Shown: positions 31,762 to 40,466 of the stretch, one piece after another | How the letters are laid out: each line of letters opens with the position of its first letter | How positions within the stretch are numbered: the first letter of the stretch is position 1 | Assembly: GCA_965247095.1 (NCBI GenBank) | Contig: OZ251997.1 | Location: 3,584,001-3,648,000 of the forward strand | From: Candidatus Multivorans sp. | Lineage (GTDB): Bacteria; Acidobacteriota; Thermoanaerobaculia; Multivoradales; Multivoraceae | Reading direction: 5' to 3' | Length of the DNA stretch: 64,000 nt | Notes under the pieces: model-generated | Database searches by the model: none | Seen by the model: only the letters and a program-made list of their open reading frames with translations | What the model was told of the DNA's origin: nothing | Position numbers and translations under genes: made by a program

Positions 31762-31800
31762 TGACGATAAATACCATAAAGAGTGATTTTACGGAAACCC
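31750..31800. promoter_or_regulatory. AT-rich promoter with an inverted repeat (candidate AbiEi operator)
   Basis: gggtttctgca...tacggaaaccc imperfect inverted repeat spanning the abiEi start. Confidence 0.45.
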
Positions 31801-31938
31801 ACTGTACCGCTTCGAGTGGGTGTGAGCAAGGTGTGGTCCGCGCCCGTGGAGGTGCGGCCGCTCGCATCCGGCGCCGCCGCGAAGCGCCGCCTCCCCCACC
31901 GTCAAGCATCCTCGCGTGTACTGAGCCACTGCATCGCG

Positions 31939-31968
31939 TTGACACGGCAACCGTCTACTTTGTACCGT
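31939..31968 (+). promoter_or_regulatory. Sigma70 promoter for the tRNA-Val-tRNA-Val-thrS unit
   Basis: TTGACA-18 nt-TACCGT. Confidence 0.5.
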
Positions 31969-32015
31969 TGCGCCTTCTCGCGGCGGCCATTGTCGGCTAA
32001 TCGGTCGCGAGGTTC

Positions 32016-32092
32016 AGGCCCGTAGCTCAGTTGGTTAGAGCGCTACGTTGACATCGTAGAGGTCAGCGGTTCGAGTCCGCTCGGGCCTACCA
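32016..32092 (+). tRNA. tRNA-Val(GAC)
   Basis: AGGCCCG/CGGGCCT acceptor stem, anticodon loop TTGACAT, GTTCGAGT T-loop, encoded CCA. Confidence 0.97.
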
Positions 32093-32174
32093 GGGTTCGA
32101 GCTTGCTCGGACCTCCGCAGGGTTCGAGCTTGCTCGGACCTCCGCAGGGTTCGAGCTTGCTCGGACCTCCGCAG
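32091..32174 (+). repeat. 27-bp perfect tandem repeat, 3 copies, between the tRNAs
   Basis: (cagggttcgagcttgctcggacctccg)x3 + cag. Confidence 0.95.
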
Positions 32175-32199
32175 ACATGGGCCGTTCGGTCTGTGACTC

Positions 32200-32276
32200 A
32201 GGCGCTTAGCTCAGTTGGTTAGAGCGCTACCTTCACACGGTAGAGGTCAGCGGTTCGAGTCCGCTAGCGCCTACCA
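32200..32276 (+). tRNA. tRNA-Val(CAC)
   Basis: AGGCGCT/AGCGCCT acceptor stem, anticodon loop TTCACAC, encoded CCA. Confidence 0.97.
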
Positions 32277-32333
32277 TCGCGGTATTGGCAGGAAGAACCC
32301 GCCGTCCGCGGTACCCCAGACGGAACTCGCTGC

Positions 32334-34268
32334 ATGATTGAACTGACCCTGCCGGACGGATCGGTGCGTAGCGTCCCGGCGGGGACGACGGCGCTCGACG
32401 CTGCGCGCTCGATCGGACCCGGTCTGGCGAAGGCCGCGGTCGGCGCCGAGCTGGACGGCCGCGCGCTCGATCTGCGCACGCCGATTGAGGTGTCGGGCAG
32501 CCTGCGCCTGATCACGATTAAGAGCGAGGAGGCGGCGCCCTTCCTACGCCACACCGCCGAGCACGTGCTGGCGGACGCGGTCCAGCGACTGTGGCCCGGC
32601 ACGCAGATCGACGTCGGCCGCCGCGACCACTCGGAGAAGTACCAGTACGACTTTCGCTTCCCGCGCGCGTTCGTGCCGGAGGACCTGGAAGCGATCGAAG
32701 CGAAGATGCGCGAGATCCTGGCCGAGAAGCACGAGGTGGAGCGGATCGAGATCGACCGCCGGCAGGCGCGCGAACTGTTCGGCGACCTGGGCGAGCAACT
32801 CAAGCTCGAGCGGCTCGAGGACATTCCCGAAGGCGAGCCGATCACCCTGTTCAAGCACGGTGAGTTCGTCGATCTCTGCCGCGGTCCGCACGCGCAGCGC
32901 GTGGATCAGGTCGGCGCGGTCAAGCTGCTCGAGAGTTCCGGTGTGTTCTACCGCGGCGACGAGAGCCGGGAGCGGCTGCAACGGATCTACGGCACCGCCT
33001 TCGCCAGCCAAGCGGCGCTCGACGGCTACCTCGCCGACCTGGAGTTGCGCCGGGCCCGCGATCACCGCCGTCTGGGCCCCGAACTCGACCTGTTCAGCTT
33101 CAACCAGAGCGCTCCCGGCAGTCCGTTCTTCCACCCCCGTGGCACGGTGATCTACAACCTGCTGGTCGACTACGTCCAGGGTCTGAACCGGCGCGACGGA
33201 TTCGAGGAGGTGCGCACCCCGCAGATTCTCGATGTCGATCTGTGGCATCGCTCGGGGCACTGGGACAACTACCGCCAGAGCATGTTCTTCACCGAGGTCG
33301 ACGAGCGGCAGTACGCGGTGAAGCCGATGAACTGCCCGACCCACTGCCTGATCTACAAGACCGGCCTGCGGTCGTACCGCGATCTGCCGATCCGCTACGC
33401 CGACTTCGGCCGCCTTCACCGCTACGAACGATCCAGCGTGATCACCGGGCTCACGCGGGTGCGCACGTTCTGTCAGGACGACGCGCACACCTTCTGCACC
33501 GAGGAGCAGATCGAGGCGGAGGTGCTGCGCCCGGTGTCGACGATCCTCGAGATTTACCGGACCTTCGGCTTCGACGACATTCTGATCGAGGTCTCGACCC
33601 GGCCCGAGAAGTCGATCGGCAGCGCGGAACTGTGGCAGCGGGCCGAGGCCGCGCTGATGGGCGCGCTCAGAAGCCGCGATCTCGAGTTCGAGATCAGCGA
33701 GGGCGACGGCGCCTTCTACGGCCCGAAGATCGACTTCCAGGTCCGCGACGCGCTGGGACGGAGCTGGCAGTTGGGGACCGTGCAGTTGGACTACCAGATG
33801 CCCGAGCGGCTCGACCTCGAATACACCGCCAGCGACGGCGGAACCCGGCGCCCGGTCATGCTGCACCGGGCGATGATGGGGTCGGTCGAGCGTTTCATTG
33901 GCATTTTGATCGAGCACTTCGGCGGCGCCTTCCCGATCTGGCTGGCGCCGGCACAGGCGGTCGTCCTGCCGGTATCCGACCGCTTTCTCGACTACGGCGC
34001 CGAGGTGACGAAGAAGCTGCAGGACGCCGGTGCCCGGGCCGAGCTCGATCAGCGCAGCGAGAAGCTCGGCTACAAGATCCGCGACGCCCAGGCCCGGAAG
34101 GTTCCCTACATGCTTGTCGTCGGCGGCCGCGAACAGGAGGCCGGCACCGTGTCGCTCCGCCTGCGCGCAGCGCCGGTTGGAGGCTCCGCGGATCAGGGCC
34201 CGGTGACGATCGAGGATCTGGCGGCTCGGATCTCCGAGCGCACGGCGTCGAAATCGCTGGATCTGTGA
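32334..34268 (+). CDS. thrS: Threonine--tRNA ligase
   Basis: TGS domain, DLCRGPH, RDHRRLG, KPMNCP, GAFYGPKID. Confidence 0.97.
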   Translation: MIELTLPDGSVRSVPAGTTALDAARSIGPGLAKAAVGAELDGRALDLRTPIEVSGSLRLITIKSEEAAPFLRHTAEHVLADAVQRLWPGTQIDVGRRDHSEKYQYDFRFPRAFVPEDLEAIEAKMREILAEKHEVERIEIDRRQARELFGDLGEQLKLERLEDIPEGEPITLFKHGEFVDLCRGPHAQRVDQVGAVKLLESSGVFYRGDESRERLQRIYGTAFASQAALDGYLADLELRRARDHRRLGPELDLFSFNQSAPGSPFFHPRGTVIYNLLVDYVQGLNRRDGFEEVRTPQILDVDLWHRSGHWDNYRQSMFFTEVDERQYAVKPMNCPTHCLIYKTGLRSYRDLPIRYADFGRLHRYERSSVITGLTRVRTFCQDDAHTFCTEEQIEAEVLRPVSTILEIYRTFGFDDILIEVSTRPEKSIGSAELWQRAEAALMGALRSRDLEFEISEGDGAFYGPKIDFQVRDALGRSWQLGTVQLDYQMPERLDLEYTASDGGTRRPVMLHRAMMGSVERFIGILIEHFGGAFPIWLAPAQAVVLPVSDRFLDYGAEVTKKLQDAGARAELDQRSEKLGYKIRDAQARKVPYMLVVGGREQEAGTVSLRLRAAPVGGSADQGPVTIEDLAARISERTASKSLDL

Positions 34269-34290
34269 AGGTCTGGCGAGGAGGGACGCA

Positions 34291-35739
34291 ATGTTGACGG
34301 AACTCCATCTGGAGAACTTCAAGGCCTGGCGCGAACTGACGATCGAGTTCGGCCGGATCACGGCCCTGTTCGGGGAGAACAGCTCGGGCAAGAGCAGCGT
34401 GCTCCAGTTCTTGCTCCTGCTGAAGCAGACGAAGGACGCGACGGACCGGGGGCTGGTCCTCGACTTCGGCGGCGGGCCGAACGAGCGGGTCGATCTGGGC
34501 AACTTCAAGGCGGCGGTGCACCGAGGGGCGGACAGTGGAGACGGTCCGCCGGACATGGAGTGGTCCCTGGCTTGGCAGCCGTACGGCATCGAGGCGCACC
34601 GTCTCATTTTCCTCGGCTTCGTGCGGCGGATGGAGCAAGGTAGCGACCACGAGGTCCGGTCGACGGCGCGTGTGGGGCTGTCAACGGACCCGGATCGCCG
34701 GCTGGTCGTGAAGCGACTGGCGTACGAGTACCGGGATGTCGAGTTCGAGTTGAAGCTCAAGGCAGATTGCGAGCGATTCGAACTCGCCTGTTCGGACGAG
34801 ACGTTCCTCAAGGACGCGAGGTCCTTGGAGTCCGTAACTCAAGAACTGCTGGGAACGTTCCGTGGCGGCTCGGATCTTCCGTCCGCCGAGCTCCCTGCCC
34901 CGGACCCAGGCCACGAGAAGGGTCTTCCCGGCCCCGTCAAGACGCACCTGTTCCCCCCGGAGGCCCGGCAGCGGTCCCGAGCCTTCTACGACGTCGTCGG
35001 GGGGCTTGAGGCGTCCTACGAGGGACTGATGGACCGGATCTTCTATCTGGGGCCGCTCCGCGACCGGCCTCGGAGGAACTACACATGGTCGGGTGCGCGT
35101 CCCAAGGGCGTCGGCGACAGCGGCGAGTATGCGATCGAGGCCATTCTCGCGGCGAGTGCGCGCCAGCAGGACGATTGCTTCCAAGGTCGGATCGCTCGGA
35201 ACCTGAAGGGGCTCGGACTCATCGAAGCGTTCTCGCTGCGCGAGTTCGGGGAGGGAAGAGGCTTCTACGAGGCGGTCGTGCAGAGGCACGAGGGCGGGCC
35301 GGAGGCGACGTTGGCGGACGTCGGCATCGGCGTGTCCCAGGTATTGCCCGTGCTCGTCCTGCTCCACTACGTACCGGAAGGGTCGATCGTCCTGTTGGAG
35401 CAGCCGGAACTCCACCTTCACCCGTCCGTCCAGAGCCGCCTGGCGGACGTGATGCTCGACGTCGCGAGGGAGCGCGATCTGCAGATCGTCGTCGAGAGCC
35501 ATAGCGAGCACCTCCTGCGCCGTTTCCAGCGTCGGGTCGCCGAGGAGAAGGCAGCGCCCTCGGAGCTGAAGCTCTACTTCGTCCGCTCCGGGAAAGGGGA
35601 GGCCGGACTCGATCCGCTGCGGCTCAACGAGTGGGGCGGCATCGAGAACTGGCCCGAGCACTTCTTCGGCGACGAGTTCGGCGAGATTGCCGCGACGAGC
35701 AAGGCGGGGCTGAAGAGGCGGATGCGGAAGGCCGAGTGA
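34291..35739 (+). CDS. ABC-type (AAA_21-like) ATPase with a DUF3696-like C-terminus
   Basis: Walker A GENSSGKS, YLGPLR, GIGVSQVLP, LLEQPELHLHP, ESHS, GGIENWPEHFF. Confidence 0.88.
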   Translation: MLTELHLENFKAWRELTIEFGRITALFGENSSGKSSVLQFLLLLKQTKDATDRGLVLDFGGGPNERVDLGNFKAAVHRGADSGDGPPDMEWSLAWQPYGIEAHRLIFLGFVRRMEQGSDHEVRSTARVGLSTDPDRRLVVKRLAYEYRDVEFELKLKADCERFELACSDETFLKDARSLESVTQELLGTFRGGSDLPSAELPAPDPGHEKGLPGPVKTHLFPPEARQRSRAFYDVVGGLEASYEGLMDRIFYLGPLRDRPRRNYTWSGARPKGVGDSGEYAIEAILAASARQQDDCFQGRIARNLKGLGLIEAFSLREFGEGRGFYEAVVQRHEGGPEATLADVGIGVSQVLPVLVLLHYVPEGSIVLLEQPELHLHPSVQSRLADVMLDVARERDLQIVVESHSEHLLRRFQRRVAEEKAAPSELKLYFVRSGKGEAGLDPLRLNEWGGIENWPEHFFGDEFGEIAATSKAGLKRRMRKAE

Positions 35740-36230
35740 TGGCGAAGACGTTGGGACCGGCGAGCGTGGTCGACACGAATGTCGCCGTCGTTGCCGAAGG
35801 TCGGAACGACGATGTGTCTCCATGCTGCAGGGCGGCATGCGAGGAGGAAATCGAGGCGTTGGTGGAGGAAGGCGTCGTGGTTGTGGACGAGGGCGGCTTG
35901 ATCGTCGCCGAGTATCAGAAGCAGTTGGGTCACGCCCCCGGAGGGGTCGGCGCCAGGTTTTTCAAGCACGTTTGGATCGAGCAATGGCGAGGAGAGAAAG
36001 TCAGGCAGGTGACGATCACCGAGTCAGGCGAAGAGCACGGCTTCAAGGAACTGCCGCCGAACCGGCTCGATCCCTCGGACCGAAAGTTCCTCGCAACCGC
36101 GGTCGTGGGAGAGGCCAGGATCCTGAATGCCGTGGACAGCGATTGGGCAGAGCAACGGACACTCACGGAGGACCTGGGCGTCGACGTCGTTCAGCTCTGC
36201 CCGAAGCACGCGACCAGGGCCGGGGCGTGA
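35739..36230 (+). CDS. PIN-domain protein (putative RNase)
   Basis: VVDTNV, EY, DPSDRKFLA, DSDW acidic residues; TGATG coupling to the ATPase. Confidence 0.75.
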   Translation: MAKTLGPASVVDTNVAVVAEGRNDDVSPCCRAACEEEIEALVEEGVVVVDEGGLIVAEYQKQLGHAPGGVGARFFKHVWIEQWRGEKVRQVTITESGEEHGFKELPPNRLDPSDRKFLATAVVGEARILNAVDSDWAEQRTLTEDLGVDVVQLCPKHATRAGA

Positions 36231-36246
36231 CCGGCGGATTCCAGCC

Positions 36247-36906
36247 GTGACGACTCCGCCGAAGTACCCGCGAACGCCCTACTGGCCGTTCTCGCCCACC
36301 GCGGGAGACGATGGCCCGACGGCGGTCGACGCCGGCCGGTTCGTCGGCGTGCCGGTAGTCGTCACGGAGAAACTGGACGGAAGCTGCACGCTGCTCCACC
36401 AAGGCGCCGTCTACGCGCGCAGCGTGGACGCGCCGACCTCCGCGAAGTGGATGGCGATGGTCAAGAAGCACCATGCATGGAAGGTGGCCGAACCCGACAT
36501 GTTTCTCTATGGCGAGGACATCTACGGCATCCACAGCATCGAGTACGGGCCGGTGCCGGAGAACGAGACCTTCTACGCGTTCGCGCTGCGCGACGGCCAA
36601 GGCCTGTTTTCCTCTTTCGGCACCCTGGCCGACTACGCCTCCCAGCGCGACATTCCGGTGGTGCCGGTTCTCTTCGACGGCACCTTCAGGTCGACAGCCG
36701 ATCTTGGGGACTTCATAGGCGAAGCCCACGCCCAGCCGTCGGCCCTGGGTGGAAAGAGAGAAGGTGTCGTTGTCCGATTGGCGCGCTCGTTCCCGGCCTC
36801 CGAGTTCAGCCGCTCCATCTGCAAGAGCGTCCGCGCTGGTCACGTTCAGACCGATCAGCACTGGACAAGGAACTGGAGACCCTGCCGCATAGCGCGGGCC
36901 GGTTGA
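36247..36906 (+). CDS. ATP-dependent RNA ligase family protein
   Basis: KYPRTP, motif I TEKLDG, LYGE, FYAF, EGVVVR, KSVRAGHVQTDQHW. Confidence 0.85.
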   Translation: MTTPPKYPRTPYWPFSPTAGDDGPTAVDAGRFVGVPVVVTEKLDGSCTLLHQGAVYARSVDAPTSAKWMAMVKKHHAWKVAEPDMFLYGEDIYGIHSIEYGPVPENETFYAFALRDGQGLFSSFGTLADYASQRDIPVVPVLFDGTFRSTADLGDFIGEAHAQPSALGGKREGVVVRLARSFPASEFSRSICKSVRAGHVQTDQHWTRNWRPCRIARAG

Positions 36907-37031
36907 AACCCCCAAGCGCCGCAGTAGCGTCGCCGCTTCGCGGCGCGTTCCTTCGCGGAAGCCGGCCGGAAGGCCGGCGCACCGACAGTCGGCGCCGCCG
37001 CAACAGCTCGGTTTCTGAGGCAGCTCGACGC

Positions 37032-37220
37032 CGTCCAGCCTTGGCCGGGGCCGGAGGGGAGGGTCCCAGCGGACTGGAGGCGAGCGACGGGCAACGACCT
37101 CTCAGTTACCGACGCCCGTACGGAGCGAAGCCGACCGGAGCGAGCGCTGCCTTCCCGCCTACCGAGAGAGCGCGAGCGGCCGATGGGACCCTCCCCTCCG
37201 GCTCCGGACAAGGCTGGACG
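37032..37220. mobile_element. MITE-like element with 37-bp TIRs
   Basis: TIRs 37032-37068 and 37184-37220 (2 mismatches); core ggagcgaagccgaccggagcgagcgc shared with 13931-13956. Confidence 0.8.
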
Positions 37221-37329
37221 AGCCACCGCCACTCCGACGCCGATGCCACGTACCGGGTAGCCGCGCGCGGCGTTTCCGGTTAGTATCCGCCGTTCGGCGG
37301 CTCCCCTGAGCCCCGAAGGAGGCTCAGGA

Positions 37330-37524
37330 ATGCCCAAGCAGAAAACCCACCGTGGAGCGGCGAAGCGCTTCAAGCTCACCGCCAAGGGCAAGGTGAAGCG
37401 ACGCCACTCGATGATGAACCACATCCTGACCAAGAAGTCGCAGAAGCGGAAGCGGAAGCTGCGCAAGCAGACCGATGTCGCCGGCGCTTTCGCCAAGACG
37501 ATCAAGGGGATGCTTCACGGCTGA
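37330..37524 (+). CDS. rpmI: 50S ribosomal protein L35
   Basis: [21 protein letters not shown]. Confidence 0.98.
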   Translation: MPKQKTHRGAAKRFKLTAKGKVKRRHSMMNHILTKKSQKRKRKLRKQTDVAGAFAKTIKGMLHG

Positions 37525-37561
37525 GGCGGTGGCTCGCGGGCGCCACAGAGGGTTATAGACG

Positions 37562-37951
37562 ATGGCACGAGTAAAACGCGGCAGCCGGCGCGCTCGTCGG
37601 CGCAAGAAGATTCTCAAACAGGCCAAGGGCTACTACGGCGTCAAGTCGAAGGGGCACCGCATCGCCAAGCAGGCGGTGGACCGGGCTCTCGCCTACTCCT
37701 ATCGCGACCGCCGCCAGAAGAAGCGGCAGTTCCGCAGCCTCTGGATCGTGCGGATCAACGCTGCCGCGCGCCTGAACGGTCTGTCCTATAGCCGCTTCAT
37801 GTCCGGCCTGCGGCTCGCCGGCATCGAGCTGAACCGGAAGATGCTTGCCGATCTCGCGGTGCGCGATGCCGAGGGCTTCGCGGCCGTGGCGTCCGCGGCC
37901 CGGGGCGCCCTCGCCGCCGGCTCTGCCGGGACCGCCTCCGCCTCGTCCTGA
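37562..37951 (+). CDS. rplT: 50S ribosomal protein L20
   Basis: [27 protein letters not shown]. Confidence 0.98.
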   Translation: MARVKRGSRRARRRKKILKQAKGYYGVKSKGHRIAKQAVDRALAYSYRDRRQKKRQFRSLWIVRINAAARLNGLSYSRFMSGLRLAGIELNRKMLADLAVRDAEGFAAVASAARGALAAGSAGTASASS

Positions 37952-38166
37952 TGGCTGAGGGCTCCGCCTCTGCGATCACGCGTCTGGAGGAAGTGATCGA
38001 CCGGGCGAAGGAGGCTCTTGCGGCAGAGCGTGAGCGGACGCGTGAACTGACCGCCGAACTCGAAGCCGCGGAGCAGCGGGCAGCCGAGGAGCGTAACGAG
38101 ATCGGCCAGCGCGTCGAGGCGCTTGCCGAAGGTCTCGAAGAGCTGCTCGGCAGCGACGATTCCTGA
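37951..38166 (+). CDS. ZapB-like coiled-coil protein
   Basis: Short coiled coil upstream of zapA. Confidence 0.6.
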   Translation: MAEGSASAITRLEEVIDRAKEALAAERERTRELTAELEAAEQRAAEERNEIGQRVEALAEGLEELLGSDDS

Positions 38167-38275
38167 AACCGGAAAGGCTCGACAGGACGCTTGGGGGCCC
38201 TCGCGTCCTGCGCTCGGAGGCGCCGATGCGGGTGCGAGCGGGTGCTATAGTGCCGGTCCTTCGGAGTATCTAGAA

Positions 38276-38605
38276 GTGGCCGAAAGCGAACACCAAGAAG
38301 ATGTTGCGGCCACCGTGGTGGTCGAGATCTTCGGCGTTTCCTACACCCTCCGGGAGGACGGAGCGACCGATGCCGAGCGCATTCGGGAGCTTGCCCGCAG
38401 GGTCGACCGCAAGATGCGGGAGGTGGCCGATCACTCGCCCAATCTGGAGGCGGGCAAGATCGCCATTCTTGCCGCCCTGAATCTCGTCAATGAGCCGTCG
38501 TCTTCGTCCGAGGATGGCGAGGAGGCGGAGGACGGCCGGTTCGTGGAGATGGTTGAGCGCGTGTCCAGCCTGACCTCCGAACTGGAGGCGGCGCTCGATT
38601 CCTGA
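38276..38605 (+). CDS. zapA: Cell division protein ZapA
   Basis: VEIFGVSYTL, LARRVDRKMREV, AILAALNL. Confidence 0.92.
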   Translation: MAESEHQEDVAATVVVEIFGVSYTLREDGATDAERIRELARRVDRKMREVADHSPNLEAGKIAILAALNLVNEPSSSSEDGEEAEDGRFVEMVERVSSLTSELEAALDS

Positions 38606-38660
38606 CTTGCATGGAGCCCTGTTTCCTGTGCGTCAGCGCGGCGCGGACGCCGCGACTCGA
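38606..38660 (+). repeat. Dispersed repeat module D
   Basis: cttgcatgga..ccctgtttcctgtgcgtcagcgcggcgcggacgccgcgactcga, compare 28161-28220. Confidence 0.85.
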
Positions 38661-38686
38661 TTACTACTGGAAGAATCTTTGACTTT

Positions 38687-38874
38687 GCATCCCCTGCGCG
38701 GTTCGTGATGAAAGCCGTGGTTGGAACCATCGCTCTTTTTGAGGGAGTCTCTCAACTGCTCGCCCGTGCCAGCCCCGCTCGAACGGGGACGCTGACGGCG
38801 AGTGGTGCGGACACCCACCTGGTCTCGCTCTGGTTCTGTGTCGGGGCGCGTTCACACGGCCTCGCGGGGGATGC
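38687..38874 (+). ncRNA. ssrS: 6S RNA
   Basis: Conserved zapA-6S-rny position; closing stem gcatcccctgcg/cgcgggggatgc; about 190 nt; acccacc in the 3' arm. Confidence 0.8.
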
Positions 38875-38897
38875 CCTTCTGCCCGGATCGAGGGCTG

Positions 38898-40466
38898 ATG
38901 ACGGAAACCACTCTCATTGCCGCTGCGGTGGCGGCGGCTACTCTTGTTGCAGCCTGGCTGCTTTGGAGCCTTGTCGGTCGGCGTAATGCGGCGAGGCTGA
39001 TTTGGGAGGCCCGCCGCCAGGCGGACAGCCTCATCGAAGAGACCGAGCGCGAGTGCGCCGCCAAGGGGCGCGAACTGGAACTCGCGGCGAAGGAGGAGGT
39101 CCTTTCGCTGCGCGCCGAGTTCGAGCGCTCGTCGGCGGAGCAGAGGAGAAAGCTCGAGGCGCGCGAACGGGAGGTCGGGGAGCGGCGGGCACGGGCGGGC
39201 GAAGAGACGGCCCGGTTGGAGCGTCTCGGCGAGGAACTCGAGCAGCGGCAACGATCGGTCGCGGACGGCGAGCGGCGACTCGATACCGAGCGGGCCGAAC
39301 TCGCCGAGGGGCTCACGAACGTCCGGCGCCAACTCGGGCGGGTTTCGGGCCTCACCGTGCAGCAGGCCCGGGAGGAACTGAGCCACAGCCTGGAGCACGA
39401 AGTGCGCATGGAGTCGGCGCACCTCGCCAAGCGGATCGAGGACGAAGCCCGGGAGTCGGCCCAGCGGGAGGCTCAGCGGATCGTCAGTCTTGCCATCGAA
39501 CGCTCGGCTTCGGACTACGTCTCGGAAACGACCGTGTCGGTGGTCATGCTGCCGAACGACGAGATGAAGGGACGGATCATCGGGCGTGAGGGGCGGAACA
39601 TCCGGACCCTGGAGTTGATCACGGGCGTCGACCTGATCGTCGACGACACGCCGGAGGCGGTCATTCTCTCCGGCTTCGACCCCTTCAGGCGGGAGATCGC
39701 GCGGGTCACCCTGGAGCGCCTGATCGCTGACGGCCGCATCCACCCGGCTCGGATCGAGGAGGTCGCGGCCAAGGTCGAGTCCGAATTCGAGGACCGGGTA
39801 GAGCGCGAGGGTCGCGAGGCCTTGCTGGAACTGAACCTGTCGGGGCTCCACCCGGAGCTGGTCAGGCTGCTCGGGCGCCTGCGCTTCCGCACGTCGTACG
39901 GCCAGAACGTCCTGCAGCACAGCAAGGAGGTCGCCTTCCTCGCCGGCATCATGGCGGGCGAGTTGAAGGTGGACGTTCATGTCGCCAAGCGGGCCGGGCT
40001 GTTGCACGACATCGGCAAGGCGGTGGACCGCGAGATCGACGGCACCCACCTGGAGATCGGCATCGACCTGCTCCGCCGGCATGGCGAGAGCGAGGAAGTG
40101 ATCCACGCCATGGCGTGTCATCACGGGGACTACGACCCGGAGACGGTCGAAGCGGTGCTGGTGACGGCGGCCGACGCCGTGTCCGCGGCGCGTCCGGGAG
40201 CGCGGAGGGAGATTCTCGAGAGCTACGTGAAGCGGCTGAAGAAGCTGGAGGAGCTTGCCGCCGGCTTCAAGGGCGTACAGAAGAGCTATGCGATTCAGGC
40301 CGGCCGGGAAGTCCGCGTGATCGTCGACTGCAAGGAGATCAGCGACGAGCAGGCCGTCTGGCTGGGCCGCGACGTGGCGCGGAAGATCGAAGGGGAGCTC
40401 ACCTATCCGGGCCAGATCAAGGTCACGGTGATCCGGGAGTCGCGATCGATCGAGTACGCGCGCTGA
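38898..40466 (+). CDS. rny: Ribonuclease Y
   Basis: TM + coiled coil, KH (KGRIIGREGRNIR), HD (LLHDIGK). Confidence 0.97.
   Translation: MTETTLIAAAVAAATLVAAWLLWSLVGRRNAARLIWEARRQADSLIEETERECAAKGRELELAAKEEVLSLRAEFERSSAEQRRKLEAREREVGERRARAGEETARLERLGEELEQRQRSVADGERRLDTERAELAEGLTNVRRQLGRVSGLTVQQAREELSHSLEHEVRMESAHLAKRIEDEARESAQREAQRIVSLAIERSASDYVSETTVSVVMLPNDEMKGRIIGREGRNIRTLELITGVDLIVDDTPEAVILSGFDPFRREIARVTLERLIADGRIHPARIEEVAAKVESEFEDRVEREGREALLELNLSGLHPELVRLLGRLRFRTSYGQNVLQHSKEVAFLAGIMAGELKVDVHVAKRAGLLHDIGKAVDREIDGTHLEIGIDLLRRHGESEEVIHAMACHHGDYDPETVEAVLVTAADAVSAARPGARREILESYVKRLKKLEELAAGFKGVQKSYAIQAGREVRVIVDCKEISDEQAVWLGRDVARKIEGELTYPGQIKVTVIRESRSIEYAR

Noticed and set aside
32091-32174. CRISPR array
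   Set aside because: The repeats are contiguous with no spacers, and there are no cas genes
29508-32276. tRNA-integrated island or prophage
   Set aside because: No integrase or duplicated tRNA 3' end seen; the AbiE module lies 5' of the tRNAs
38802-38897. N-terminal extension of RNase Y
   Set aside because: It overlaps the 6S RNA; the ATG at 38898 directly precedes the TM anchor
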